Below are positions 23,788 through 34,922 of a stretch of DNA of 64,000 bases, in pieces (the stretch's first letter is position 1; the number at the start of each line of letters is the position of its first letter). The DNA comes from Lingula anatina. Its lineage: Eukaryota; Animalia; Brachiopoda. Both the position numbers and the translations under genes were made by a program. Where the stretch lies: contig CM120643.1 of the NCBI GenBank assembly GCA_051362555.1, forward strand, positions 2,852,001 through 2,916,000. The letters are read 5' to 3'. Under the pieces are notes generated by a model. That model did not search any database. It worked only from the letters and a program-made list of their open reading frames with translations, and had not been told where the DNA came from.

Positions 23788-25653
23788 ATGCTCAATCGAC
23801 TGGTGTCATCTTCCAAGACGATCTTCCTTATTACAGTCTCGGTTATGCTCGTCGTGGCGGTGTATTTAGTGGGGAGATTAGAAACTGGCAATCCCTGGAC
23901 TGTGGTCAAAGTGAAAGGCAACTCCCGGTCAGGGATATCTGAAGATAAATCCAGTGTTGAACACGCGGCGTTGGGTTGGAATAGGATCGTGAAAAGTTCC
24001 GACCTGAGAGCAAATGATGAACACCACGACAAGGTGGCAGAGAAAGAAAAAGGATGGAATTTGGAAACGGAAGAGAAGGGAAAGTTGCAAAATTTTGACA
24101 AAAAGGAAAGTGCCATTAATCGATCATTTGTTCATGTAGAACTAACTTCGAGTGTGCCGCAAAATAAAGAAAACAGTGCTTCGGCGGCAAACCTATCAGC
24201 GCATCATACAATAGAGACAACAGCAATACCAAATGAAGGAAACGAAGAAAAACCCAACCAAATTCCTGAAATAAGTACAACAAGGAAACTCGTGTCGTCA
24301 TCAACAAGAGCCACAACAGTAAAGCCATACGTACGTAAGGAAATTATATTATTCCCACCAGAAAGCAAAAGCAACAAAGTTCACCAGAACACAGTACTTT
24401 CCATGCAAGGATCGGAGCAGGTCACACCTACTGCAATATTGCAGCATTATCTTCTCCACCCGGATACAGTGGTGAATTTTGCTGTGTATGACACCAGGTA
24501 TACAAAAATGGTGCGAATCTTCGCTGCACAACCACATGACGCGCTTCCCCTCGAGTACAGCTTTCAGGAAACAAAGTTCGAACCTGGAAAATTGGCTAAA
24601 AGAGAGCTTGTCTCTCGCAGTGACACGTTTGAGACACATTACGATGTTTTGAATTATTATCATTTCGAATGCCTGCTGCCAGTGAACTTAAAGAAGCCGC
24701 CAAGTCATATTTACATTCGCAAAGAGGGATCGCATGAATGGTCATCCATTCCTGTGCATGTATACCCCGATGCGCTGTCTCCGAAATCGCCAATTCAACT
24801 TGCCGCTTGCGTGAAAACTGCCAGAGGAGAGCTTGATCCTGTCCGCTTAGTTGAGTGGTTTGAAATGAGTAAACTTATAGGTATACGGAACTTCATTATT
24901 TACGATGGAGGAGTTAAAGGTCCAGCACGGAAAGTTTTAGATCATTATGTGGAGCAAAATATTCTCACCCTCGTAAATGATACCTTTTTCCCGTTTGTTA
25001 CGCAGAACGCTGAAGGTATGATACCAAACGCTTTCAAAATCAACCGGGAATATAAACAATACACGCAACTTCTACAAGCAGAATTAGGTAGCATCAACGA
25101 CTGTATGTATAGATTCAAAAATATATACAATTACATTTTATTAATTGACATTGACGAAATCCTCGTCCCTACTCCAGATGAAAATATCACCAGTCTTATC
25201 GAGCGTTTACGGGGCTGGTTCCCCGACAAAGGGGCCTACGCTCTCCCAGCGAGCCACCATTTCAGGGAGTACGGTCCAAGCGACGCGGAGGGTAAAATTC
25301 CAAACTATTTATACATGATGCGGCATCTAAGGCGGACAGATCCCGTGTGGTTTCAGTCTAAGAGTATATTTATTCCTGACCATATATTTTCCGCCAATTG
25401 GCACATGCCACGTTGGCCGAGAATGAGTTATTCGGAGGAACAAGTTATCGACGAGAGGTCTGGGTATGTTCACCACTTCCGGGATAAGTGCAAATTTGAT
25501 TTAAATGGGAAAACGTGTAAAGATGTGCTTAGGTCTTGGAGAGTGGACTCGCTCATCACAAGGTACTATGACAGTCTGAATACTAATACTTTGAACACTT
25601 TGCAGAAGTTGAATTTGTGGAAGACAGCAAATGAAGTGAACTCTAGTCCATGA
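23788..25653 (+). CDS. Glycosyltransferase family 92 (DUF23)-like type II membrane protein, paralogue 2, 621 aa
   Basis: Acceptor TTTCAG ends 23773; TM IFLITVSVMLVVAVYLVG; long S/T/E/K-rich stem; catalytic region collinear with paralogue 1 (FAVYD, IFAAQP, SPIQLAAC, DPVRLVEWFEM, QLLQAEL, LIDIDE, WFQSKSI, ANWH, HHFRD). The frame is open back to the acceptor, so the N-terminus could extend into an upstream exon. Confidence 0.88.
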   Translation: MLNRLVSSSKTIFLITVSVMLVVAVYLVGRLETGNPWTVVKVKGNSRSGISEDKSSVEHAALGWNRIVKSSDLRANDEHHDKVAEKEKGWNLETEEKGKLQNFDKKESAINRSFVHVELTSSVPQNKENSASAANLSAHHTIETTAIPNEGNEEKPNQIPEISTTRKLVSSSTRATTVKPYVRKEIILFPPESKSNKVHQNTVLSMQGSEQVTPTAILQHYLLHPDTVVNFAVYDTRYTKMVRIFAAQPHDALPLEYSFQETKFEPGKLAKRELVSRSDTFETHYDVLNYYHFECLLPVNLKKPPSHIYIRKEGSHEWSSIPVHVYPDALSPKSPIQLAACVKTARGELDPVRLVEWFEMSKLIGIRNFIIYDGGVKGPARKVLDHYVEQNILTLVNDTFFPFVTQNAEGMIPNAFKINREYKQYTQLLQAELGSINDCMYRFKNIYNYILLIDIDEILVPTPDENITSLIERLRGWFPDKGAYALPASHHFREYGPSDAEGKIPNYLYMMRHLRRTDPVWFQSKSIFIPDHIFSANWHMPRWPRMSYSEEQVIDERSGYVHHFRDKCKFDLNGKTCKDVLRSWRVDSLITRYYDSLNTNTLNTLQKLNLWKTANEVNSSP

Positions 25654-26075
25654 CAATGACTTTTTTGTTAAAAATATTGACCACTTTTGGGGATCAAAAT
25701 CCCAATGAAATCCTGTGCTCAACGTCAAAAATGACAAGTCTTATTAAATAAGAAATTAACTTTTGACATTTTTGACGAGTATATGTTTGACTGTGATTAT
25801 TTAGCATTTCTTGCCTCAGGTGCTTTACACTGTATGTGTAAAGAAGACAAGAGTATGGACACCTTTGGATGAAAAACCTGTAGACACTATAATTTTATTT
25901 TCAAGGACATGGGCGACTTTTGCACATTTCTTTGTAACATTTTAGAGTGAATTGTTTTGATACTTAGAAGAATATTAAGTAAGTCTGACCATGAGGCAAG
26001 AGAACCACCCTTGGTGATATTCCTTGGTTTAAGAAATAAACTGTGCCGTAGTAGTGCCAGGAAATGGCAAATTTA

Positions 26076-26127
<52 letters not shown>

Positions 26128-26290
26128 TGCTTAGGCTACTTATAAATCTTTGTTAATTAAAAGCCACAGAAAAGATAAATACCGACTTTGATTAACTTTT
26201 TGAAAATTGTCTGTGCAAATAAAAGGTTAATTTCCCGTGAAAAGACTTATTCTTGGTGACTACTTGAAATCATGAATCAAAATTGTAGAC

Positions 26291-26330
<40 letters not shown>

Positions 26331-26665
26331 GGGGGAGAGACGTACTGTATTTTTTTTCTTTTTGTTAATAAAAGCAAAATGAGTTTTGTGGCAGATAAGA
26401 GGACCGTGGAAAATCAGAATTTAATAAGCGCCACTACTTCGCCCCTTCCGTCTCTAAAAAAGCCTACTGTTCATGCCAAATAAGCTAAATAAACCAAAAG
26501 CCTGTGACTCTCCTTTCGGCACGTCTCTGCACGTGCGGTTTGTTTACAGGTCACTACGTCAAAATCGATGACGTAGCACGAAAACGCGCACGCACTTGTC
26601 AATTTCAAACTATTCTAATGTTTCTCTTTGATTTCTGTGCTTAGATCTCTACGGGGTATAAGATA

Positions 26666-27244
26666 ATGCCTCGATGCTTTTCGTTTTCTGTCCGGAATTA
26701 TCGTTCAAAGACGCACCCAATAGGTGAGTTACACTTTATATCCCTGTCTCTTTTTAGCAAAATAGTGAAGCGTCTGCTCTCTCTTTCGTCCAGATACAAG
26801 AAGCACCTGTTTCGAATGATACAAAATTGCAATGTTGAACTTCTGCTCACAGTTACTCATGTAAATGAAATATTCGTGTAAAACTATCATCAAATATTCC
26901 TTGCAGTTCCTTCCTCGTTTCCAGAGCGAGAAGAGATCAAAAATAGGATTTTCACAACACGATCAGGCCGAGTAGCACTGCCGCTTAGGAGATATATATG
27001 TGGAGGTAGCGATGAAAATTTGCAGGCACGCCATGTCTCTCCGATTCCATCAGCTCCGAAGAAATTTATCAAATACCGCTCTATGAGCTATCTCTCTGTA
27101 ATTACAAGGTAGGGTGACAATGACTTCTTTACAACTGAAATGGGGAAAAACAAGCATAAACGAAGAAATCATTAAATCCAAACACTATGTAATGTACATA
27201 AGATTTCTCTTGACTTTGTTAAAAATTATCTTGGCAAGTGCGTG

Positions 27245-27316
<72 letters not shown>

Positions 27317-29463
27317 GAGGAAGGAAAGGGAGAGGGAGGGAGCTTGTGATAAAAGAAGTAGGCCTACCAGCACAAATCATTGTTTATCTAACACAAAAAC
27401 AGTGTGCACAACAACTGCAGTTCAATGTGCAGTGCAGTAATTGAAATAAAACCATTTTTGTATGAGTTTTTTTATATAAATGTTTTATGTAAGGCCTATT
27501 AATCACTGGGAAGAAAAATATGAGGAAATTTTCATTTTGACCTTAAAATTACGATTGATTGCCACATTTAAATGATGAATACCTTGATAGATTTATTTTA
27601 TTTAGATAGAGAGATTTTTTATCAAACTAAAAATCACAATTTCAAGTCTAAAACTGAAAATGAAAATCACTCCTTAATAGAATAGGCATACTGCTTACTA
27701 CATGTACATATACACAATTTTGTCTATCTAAACTTCAGCCATCAAAAAAAATAATAAATAAATAAATAACTGAATAAATAAATATAAAATCACACTTGTT
27801 TAAATCACATATATACAGATTTAGTTTTATACAGTTAATCAAACTTTTTCTATATTTTTTTTCATCTATTATCATTATATTATTTTGGTTTCAATTTCAT
27901 TTCATTTTTCGAAATTATATGGTTATCATACAGTTAATTTTCAAATTTATTACTCAGCAATTAAAGTGCTGAAAATCTATTTTGCTGAAATTATGCAAAT
28001 TAATTAACTATCACAATGTTTAACTGATTTTTAACCCAAAATTTACCCTTGTTATTTCATTACTGATCACATCTAGCACAATGTTTTCTGTTCACATCTA
28101 GCTGTTACCACAATGGCAATTGTCTCTCTAATCAAAGCTAATACAATCTCATTTACTGTGCCTAATTCTGAACCCTGGTCCAATAACACATCACTTTCAA
28201 GTTTTCCCACTCATAATCAGTGATTCTTCATCTTATCTTTTCTACAGGTACGAGCTGATCCTTCGAGGCACAGAATTGGATGTTTGCGGAGAGAACCCCT
28301 TAGAAACTGAGGAATGGACCGAAGAGAGTCCCTTTGTCTATGGCAACTACGTCATCAAGGATGACAAAGATGGCAGTGACGCCAGAGACAGCTGTGACAG
28401 CAACGCTGTCAAAACATTTGACATTAAGACTGGACACTGTAAGACAGACTTGGGAAATACCACAACTGATTCCGAGTTATCGAACTGCAGCATTAACAGT
28501 AGCATAGACAGTAACAATATTTGCAATAACAACAGAATCAAAGGAAGATGTAGTGACCAAATTAGGAGCAATGGCAGTGGTAGTTTTGATAAGGCTGGGT
28601 ACAGTTGCAGTATAAGCAATGCTGAGCCCCAATGCCTTGTGACTGGTTGCCAAGGCAACGTGAAGTCAGTGATGGATGCAGATAAGGATGATGAGAAGGA
28701 GGACATCACTGTAGATGTCACTTCAGTCAGCAGCACTGTCGTCTGCAACAATTTTTCTAACTTTCATCAATGGCTGCACCAACTCAAGAAAGATGAGAGC
28801 AGCAAAGGATTGGAAAACAACGTCAAGTCCATGAGCGATGAAAACAACAACAGCATCCAAAAGATATCATTGGAGCCACGGCAGACAAAGTCTCTGACCT
28901 CTTCTAGCTCACGTCAGAATTCAAATCACAAGCCCGGTCCTTATAACCTTCGCACGGAGGTTGATTCCTCAGGGATCAAGTCGGTATTTAAGAGTCAGAC
29001 CCTGGGGGAGCCCGCCGTGCACAGGAACTGTTTGGTGCGCCCTCTGGTGCGCACGCAGACGCTGGTCGTCGACTGGAAAAACTGCTCTAGCATGGACAGC
29101 GTCTTTAGGTGCGACATTTGTGGGAAAGTCTACGTTTCTGAGACTGCGTACAACGACCACGTGCAAAGCCACGACAGGTGCGCGCATGGGAATAAGTGCA
29201 CCCTCTGTGGGAAAACATTCTCCCGCTCCTGGCTCCTGAAAGGGCACATGCGCACTCACACTGGGGAAAGACCTTACAAATGTGATTACCCTGGCTGTGA
29301 TAAAGCTTTTGCCGATCGCTCGAATTTACGATCGCATGCGCTAACTCACTCTGTGACTAGTAAGAACTATATTTGTGGAAAGTGTAACCGAGCTTTCGCA
29401 CAGAAACGTTATCTTCATAAGCATCAGCTTGAAGTTTGTAAAGCTGCGTACAAGTGTCAGTAG
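26666..29463 (+). CDS. Snail/Scratch-superfamily C2H2 zinc-finger transcription factor (divergent, scratch-like), ~491 aa; exons 26666-26723, 26907-27108, 28248-29463
   Basis: SNAG-like start MPRCF; splice phases 1 and 2 join without stops; four fingers including FSRSWLLKGHMRTHTGERPY, AFADRSNLRSH and terminal C2HC finger RAFAQKRYLHKHQLEVC. Confidence 0.88.
27248..27313. repeat. (GT)n(GA)n microsatellite
   Basis: In intron 2 of the zinc-finger gene. Confidence 0.9.
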
Positions 29464-29519
29464 GAGAAGCCGTAGGACCTACCGGAACGAGGTGTAAAAC
29501 AGCAGGAAAATAGGTGTAA

Positions 29520-29702
29520 AACCTCCTTTACACTGGACGGCGTCCTTTCTGCGTCCTTTGTGCGACATGAACCTGGCGTCGCTGTGGTCGTAGAAAGGAG
29601 GCACAAGCATCGCTTTGGTTGCAAAATGAATGCTCAATGATCGGCCACGTAAAGTAGTATTTTTTACTCTGAAGCCGGACGCCGTCCAGTGTAAAAGAGG
29701 CT
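29520..29702. mobile_element. MITE family D, copy 3 (probable 3'UTR of zinc-finger gene)
   Basis: TIRs CCTTTACACTGGACGGCGTCC / GGACGCCGTCCAGTGTAAA; TAA TSD 29517-19/29703-05. Confidence 0.85.
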
Positions 29703-31053
29703 TAAAGAGTGGTATGCGCCATATTCTTTACCACTATTCCCTTTTCTTCACTTCCATCACTTCCTTACCGATTATTTAAAATAAAAGTTGGAGTGTGGGT
29801 CCTTTTTTATTTTCTGAATTTTTTTCTGACATTGATTGACCCTCTTTTTTTTTTTTTCGCCCCAATTCATCTCGACGACCACGACGTCAATCATGGTTGC
29901 CAAATCCCGTCTCTTGTCCATTTTTCAATATCGACATCAAGTAAGATCTCCATATATGAAGCACGGAAAAATGAAAAGAAAATGGAGGGGGGGGGGTGAT
30001 GCGTTTACAACTGTAATGCACTCGTGTTGGTATTGTTGTATATTTATTCATATATTAATGTATAGGAGAATGTCTAATATATGTAAATATATGGATTTTT
30101 AAGAAATCTTATATATTTTACAGTCTTCATATGTTAAATATTTGAATTTGTTTAAAATAAATACTTAATTTAAAGATATTGTATACTGCATTTAATTTTT
30201 CTTCTATTTGTATATTTATTACACATTGATATTATGAAGTAAAGATCACTTATTTTAGCACACATTTCGTTATGTTTAGGGCCCATCTGTACGAATCACA
30301 TAAGGGAAAAAGTTGATAACAAAGTGTAAACAAAAGTTGTTCTATGCTGTTCCATTTTATGATTTAAATTACATGTCAAAGCAAAATGTGATATTCTGTA
30401 CATAGGTTCACTATATGGACATTGTGATATACTTGTGATATATTTATTTTATCTTAAACGGTTGTCAATAAACTGAATTACATACTATGATGATTAGTTA
30501 AGCAAATTTTAATATGGTTTGCAAAAATTAGAACCCTCCAAAGCTCGATGTAATTTTGTTTCCTTCATTCGAAGTAACTTGCCTTTTAAGTGAAATGAAA
30601 TAAGAAACAGGAGTGGATGTTATTCAAAGACCAAAGGCTTTTTTAAAATTTGAAATTGTAATCACCATTGACATAAAATCGTCTTTCTTTCTTTTATAAT
30701 TTATATGTTCAAGTCAATAATCATTTTTTGGGCAATGTCCAACAAAACTCTATCGCCAGTGTCTCTGATATTTAAAAAACGATGCGCAATTAGCGTTATG
30801 AATAACCTAACTGTTACCTTTCTGGGTGTTATTTACGATTGACAACAGTTAATTTTTTTTTTCTGACCACCACATAACTGTGTCATGGTCCTCCTCCGAT
30901 ATCAACGGTATTGCGACTCTTTTTTAAAGTTACACAAACAAAAACAACGCGGAGATAAAAATTGAGAACTTTATAAATGTAGCGCACAGTGAAACCATGT
31001 GTATATGTAAATAGATCGTCCATTCATTTTAAAATCATGAAAGAAATGGCAAA

Positions 31054-31083
31054 AATAATAATAATAATAATAATAATAATGAC

Positions 31084-31133
<50 letters not shown>
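31054..31133. repeat. (AAT)n microsatellite
   Basis: Source of the poly-Ile and poly-Tyr ORFs. Confidence 0.95.
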
Positions 31134-31135
<2 letters not shown>

Positions 31136-31209
31136 TGCACCTACTCCTTCTGTGTCAATCACAATGAAAAAGGAGCAACAAACACTCCGCCAAAAAGTTA
31201 TTATACACT

Positions 31210-32049
31210 CAGGCCTAACCAACTACCAGACTCGGCACCTACGGATCCAGAATAAACCGGTATATCAGACCACACTACCCGTTTTCAAGGTGTGTGTCAG
31301 ATCGCATTACAGAGTATCAGCCACCACACCGATTTTGCCTGGTGTTATGTGGCATACACGAGTGGATGTCACATAACCCTCGCTGACGAGGGATCTATCT
31401 TATTTAGACCACGGGTCCATTAGCGGGTTATAACGCATTCATGCGAGACGTGCGGTTAAGCGAGTAACACCACGTCTGAATCTTTTGTTCTTCACTTCCA
31501 CAGTGGTCTAAAGCGGGGTTGGAAAGTAGTGCATCTCATCTAGAATCATGCGCTGCTGCAATTTTCCCTGTTTATGCTAAAAATCTGACAATACCGCACT
31601 TGTTAAATAAAATTTAGGTTCGAACATAGCCAATGATGTTTTGTAAATAAGAACTTGCAAACTTATATATTTATTTAGAAAAGTAGACCTAATTTTGATA
31701 GCGGAAGCATATTCTGTCGGGGGTTAAATATTTTCTGGACGAGATTCAGTGAGTCGTCTGTCGCCATCTTGTCACTCGGAACTACTCCGATGTCTCCGCA
31801 CTCGATAATAGTATGGAGCTTGCGGAATGAGCCGAGGATTGCCGATTTCCATGTTGTTGTACTCATACGACTCCTACTTGACGAAAACGAGGCGCGATAC
31901 CCGGATGACAGGTAGGCTTACAAAATTTGTGATGGGGTATGATACTCTGTAATGCGATCGGACACACACCTTGAAAACGGGTAGTGTGGTCTGATATACC
32001 AGTTTATTCTGGATCCGTAGGTGCCGAGTCTGGTAGTTGGGTAGGCCTG
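31210..32049. mobile_element. Long-TIR non-autonomous DNA transposon, copy 2, with 5-bp TSD ACACT
   Basis: CAGGCCTA...TAGGCCTG termini; ACACT at 31205-31209 and 32050-32054; body matches 2803-3662 with indels. Confidence 0.88.
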
Positions 32050-32584
32050 ACACTGTATTTGTCAGTGCTTTGGTTCTGTTAATCAAATGTTTGAATGTCG
32101 TAAATACCGGTATTCTAATGAGACACGCGCTTCGCTGAAAAGGTGTCAATATTTTAGAAATGTATCAGCCGTCCACGAATAGAAATGTGATGATCACGAC
32201 TGCAGAATATGTAGTGACAGTTGTTGATATGTTTTTGCGACAAAAATTGCCCACAAAGTAGTTTGGAAAAATCAAACGCTTCACTTACATGTACCTATAG
32301 TTTCGTTTTAATCAAAGGGGTGGCAAGTTCGACATTTTAGTGCAAATGTTTCCGTACCACGGATTCCCTGACTGATAACGATGACAGATAACCTCCAGTG
32401 GGATATTATCTGTCGTTCTTTAGACAAAATATTTGGTCTGAGTGGGTAAATATTTACAGCATAGTGCTTGCAGATGATGCACCATCAAGCTAGTTTTGCG
32501 TCGTAAAATAACGTTTGTTTAAAATTTTCTTTTGACACAAGTATTATAAACATGTTTTATTTAAGGTTAAGTCTTTGGAAAAGG

Positions 32585-32592
32585 TATAAATA
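32585..32592 (+). promoter_or_regulatory. Candidate TATA box of the BRICHOS gene
   Basis: TATAAATA upstream of a probable non-coding exon ending at GTGAGT 32671; next acceptor ends 32857. Confidence 0.55.
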
Positions 32593-32878
32593 CCGCATTT
32601 CAGAGCTCTTGAAAAAAGAAGAGACAACAGCTGAATACTGCTGAATAACTTCACACGAGAACATTTTTCGGTGAGTGAATTTTACATTTAAGAGACTCTT
32701 GAATTACTTTAATGGTTACAATTTCAACCTATCTTGTACATGATATTGGTTCAAACAGCATCTCAGTTGGAGTGCTAACGAATTTTACCAAAGACATATT
32801 ACAGTAAAATAATTTATTATAAAAATAATTTGTTAAAACACTTTTGCTTTCTTTCAGGTTTGTCTCATTGTTTTGAAC

Positions 32879-34922
32879 ATGTCGTCCGAAAAGTCACTTG
32901 TGTTGGTACTAGTCGCTACCGTCGTTGTTTCCAGTGTTTACGCACTTCCAATGTGGAAAGAGGTAAAGCAATGCCTCTCTGATATTTATTATTATTATTG
33001 TTATTACCTGTTTTTGTTTAACATGTGACTATGTTATGTCTTGGTGCTGATTCCTCTAGAGATATTTTATATTATGTGCATTTCATTACAATTTAATTTA
33101 AATTGCTCAGTGTGAAAACCAAAAGAATTGTAATAACTTGAAACCACAAATAATTAAAAGTCATCTTCTTAATTCAGAATTTCAGAGTGGCCATCAATGA
33201 AACAGGCACCGAATTCAGCGAAGATGTGGAGATCGACATGATTAAACAGCAAGTCAGAGTGCACGTGCCTGCCCACAATGCCTTGCAAGAAACAGCCTCA
33301 CTTCATGACTTTAAGAATGTAAGCATCTTAATCTCATTCCATCCTAAATGGCACATTGGAATGCTTTAGTACATCATTTTCTGCCTGATGTGTTCATTCT
33401 TTTCTTAAAAACATTCTTGTATTCGATTTTAATAAACTGCAATAAATTGCTCGACTTTTAGGGTCACTCCATAACTTGTTACATCAGAGACGGCTACTGC
33501 GTTCTGCGCAATGGACAAGAAGGCTTGGATTACACCTTAAGCTCCGTGAAATGGGGACTTGAGACCTTACAGGTAATCTATTCTGCCTCTTTCCCCCTTT
33601 GAAATAGAAAGTGACTACAAATTGACTTATAATCCGAAAGTAAGACCGTATTTTATTTTGTTCTCCAACTCGAAAAAAACAGCAAAAGCTTGTTATTCTG
33701 TTTCTTCTGTATGGTCTCTTCTTGTACGTATTAAAAAAAAAAAAAAAGATTTTTCCTAGCCAGATTAAACTCAAAGCGACGCCTTGCGAATTTTTCAATC
33801 TTTCATTTTAAAAAATATTTCAGGCTGAAGATAATGTTTTGTCTGAGAAGAACAGCGCTTTGGTGAGAAAATTCTTCACTCAGGAAAAGACACCATTGTC
33901 AGATATTTCCTTCCTCAGCTCCGAGGCCCAGGCTTTCTTAAACGGTCGACCGCTCTACAGATCTAAACTTTTTACCATGCCGCCTGGTGCGACCGTTTTG
34001 CAAGGTATTCAAATATAATATTTTTTTTCTATATATATTTTAAATGTTTATACTATTTATCCCACAAGGGGCAGCCTGTAATTCATTTTAGGTTCTTAGT
34101 AAATATTTTGCATGCCTAGCCCCTGGTGTGAAGATTTGAGTCACTATTGACCACCGCTTTGTAAAGCTAGATCAAAATAACCGAGATAATGTTGGTTATG
34201 AAAATATTTTTTATACTGGATCATGCATTTTGAAACAGAGGTCACAATGTTTCGACCTAATCGCAAGGCCTTCTACAGGTGAACTGTTGTTAAAATGTCA
34301 GTGGTGTCACTTGGCGCAAAATGCCCCCCCCCCCTCCCCCCACGGGTCCCGTCCGACAGGTGTGGTAGCACAAGCACGGTGGAGAGGTACCAGCTATCAC
34401 ACCTGTAGGGCCGTAACCTGGGAAACATTCCGAACTTATTGTCACCAAGTAGCTCCAGTATTTCCGGCATTATCAAAACACATTTGATGGATTAAACCAT
34501 TCCCTTTGAAATCTAGATCAAGGCAATACATGTATGAGATTGGCAGATAATTATCTTTTTCAGGCATTGTTCTAACACCAACTGGCACTAAACGCAAACG
34601 CGCACTTATTTTACCGCATGCTCTCCTATCAGTTGGCCATGACCCAATCACCGGGAAACCTGTGCTTTACTGTAAAAATGGCCTGGACAAGGTGACGGTC
34701 TGGGGATACACTACAGGTGATTGTGAGTGGATAGAAGTTTGTGGATATGGCAAAGACGGCCACAAGACCTGCAGCAACAACCACTACACCAGAAACACGC
34801 CGTACAGGTGCGAGTGTTGTGAGGGACAGTTTGCTAAAGACGACTGCATTTGCGACGCTGGAGGCAGTGACACATCCAATCCGTTTGCCCAAGAAGTTAT
34901 TATAATTTCTTGGTTTGCCTGA
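32879..34922 (+). CDS. Secreted BRICHOS-domain precursor with Cys-rich C-terminal peptide, 291 aa; exons 32879-32962, 33178-33318, 33462-33572, 33824-34004, 34564-34922
   Basis: All introns GT-AG with consistent phases (0,0,0,1). Signal peptide MSSEKSLVLVLVATVVVSSVYA; VHVPAHN...LHDFKNG...CYIRDGYCVL...GRPLY resembles BRICHOS; KRKR site; 9-Cys tail. Confidence 0.8.

Noticed and set aside
30971-31255. Poly-Ile and poly-Tyr ORFs resembling membrane peptides
   Set aside because: (AAT)n microsatellite.
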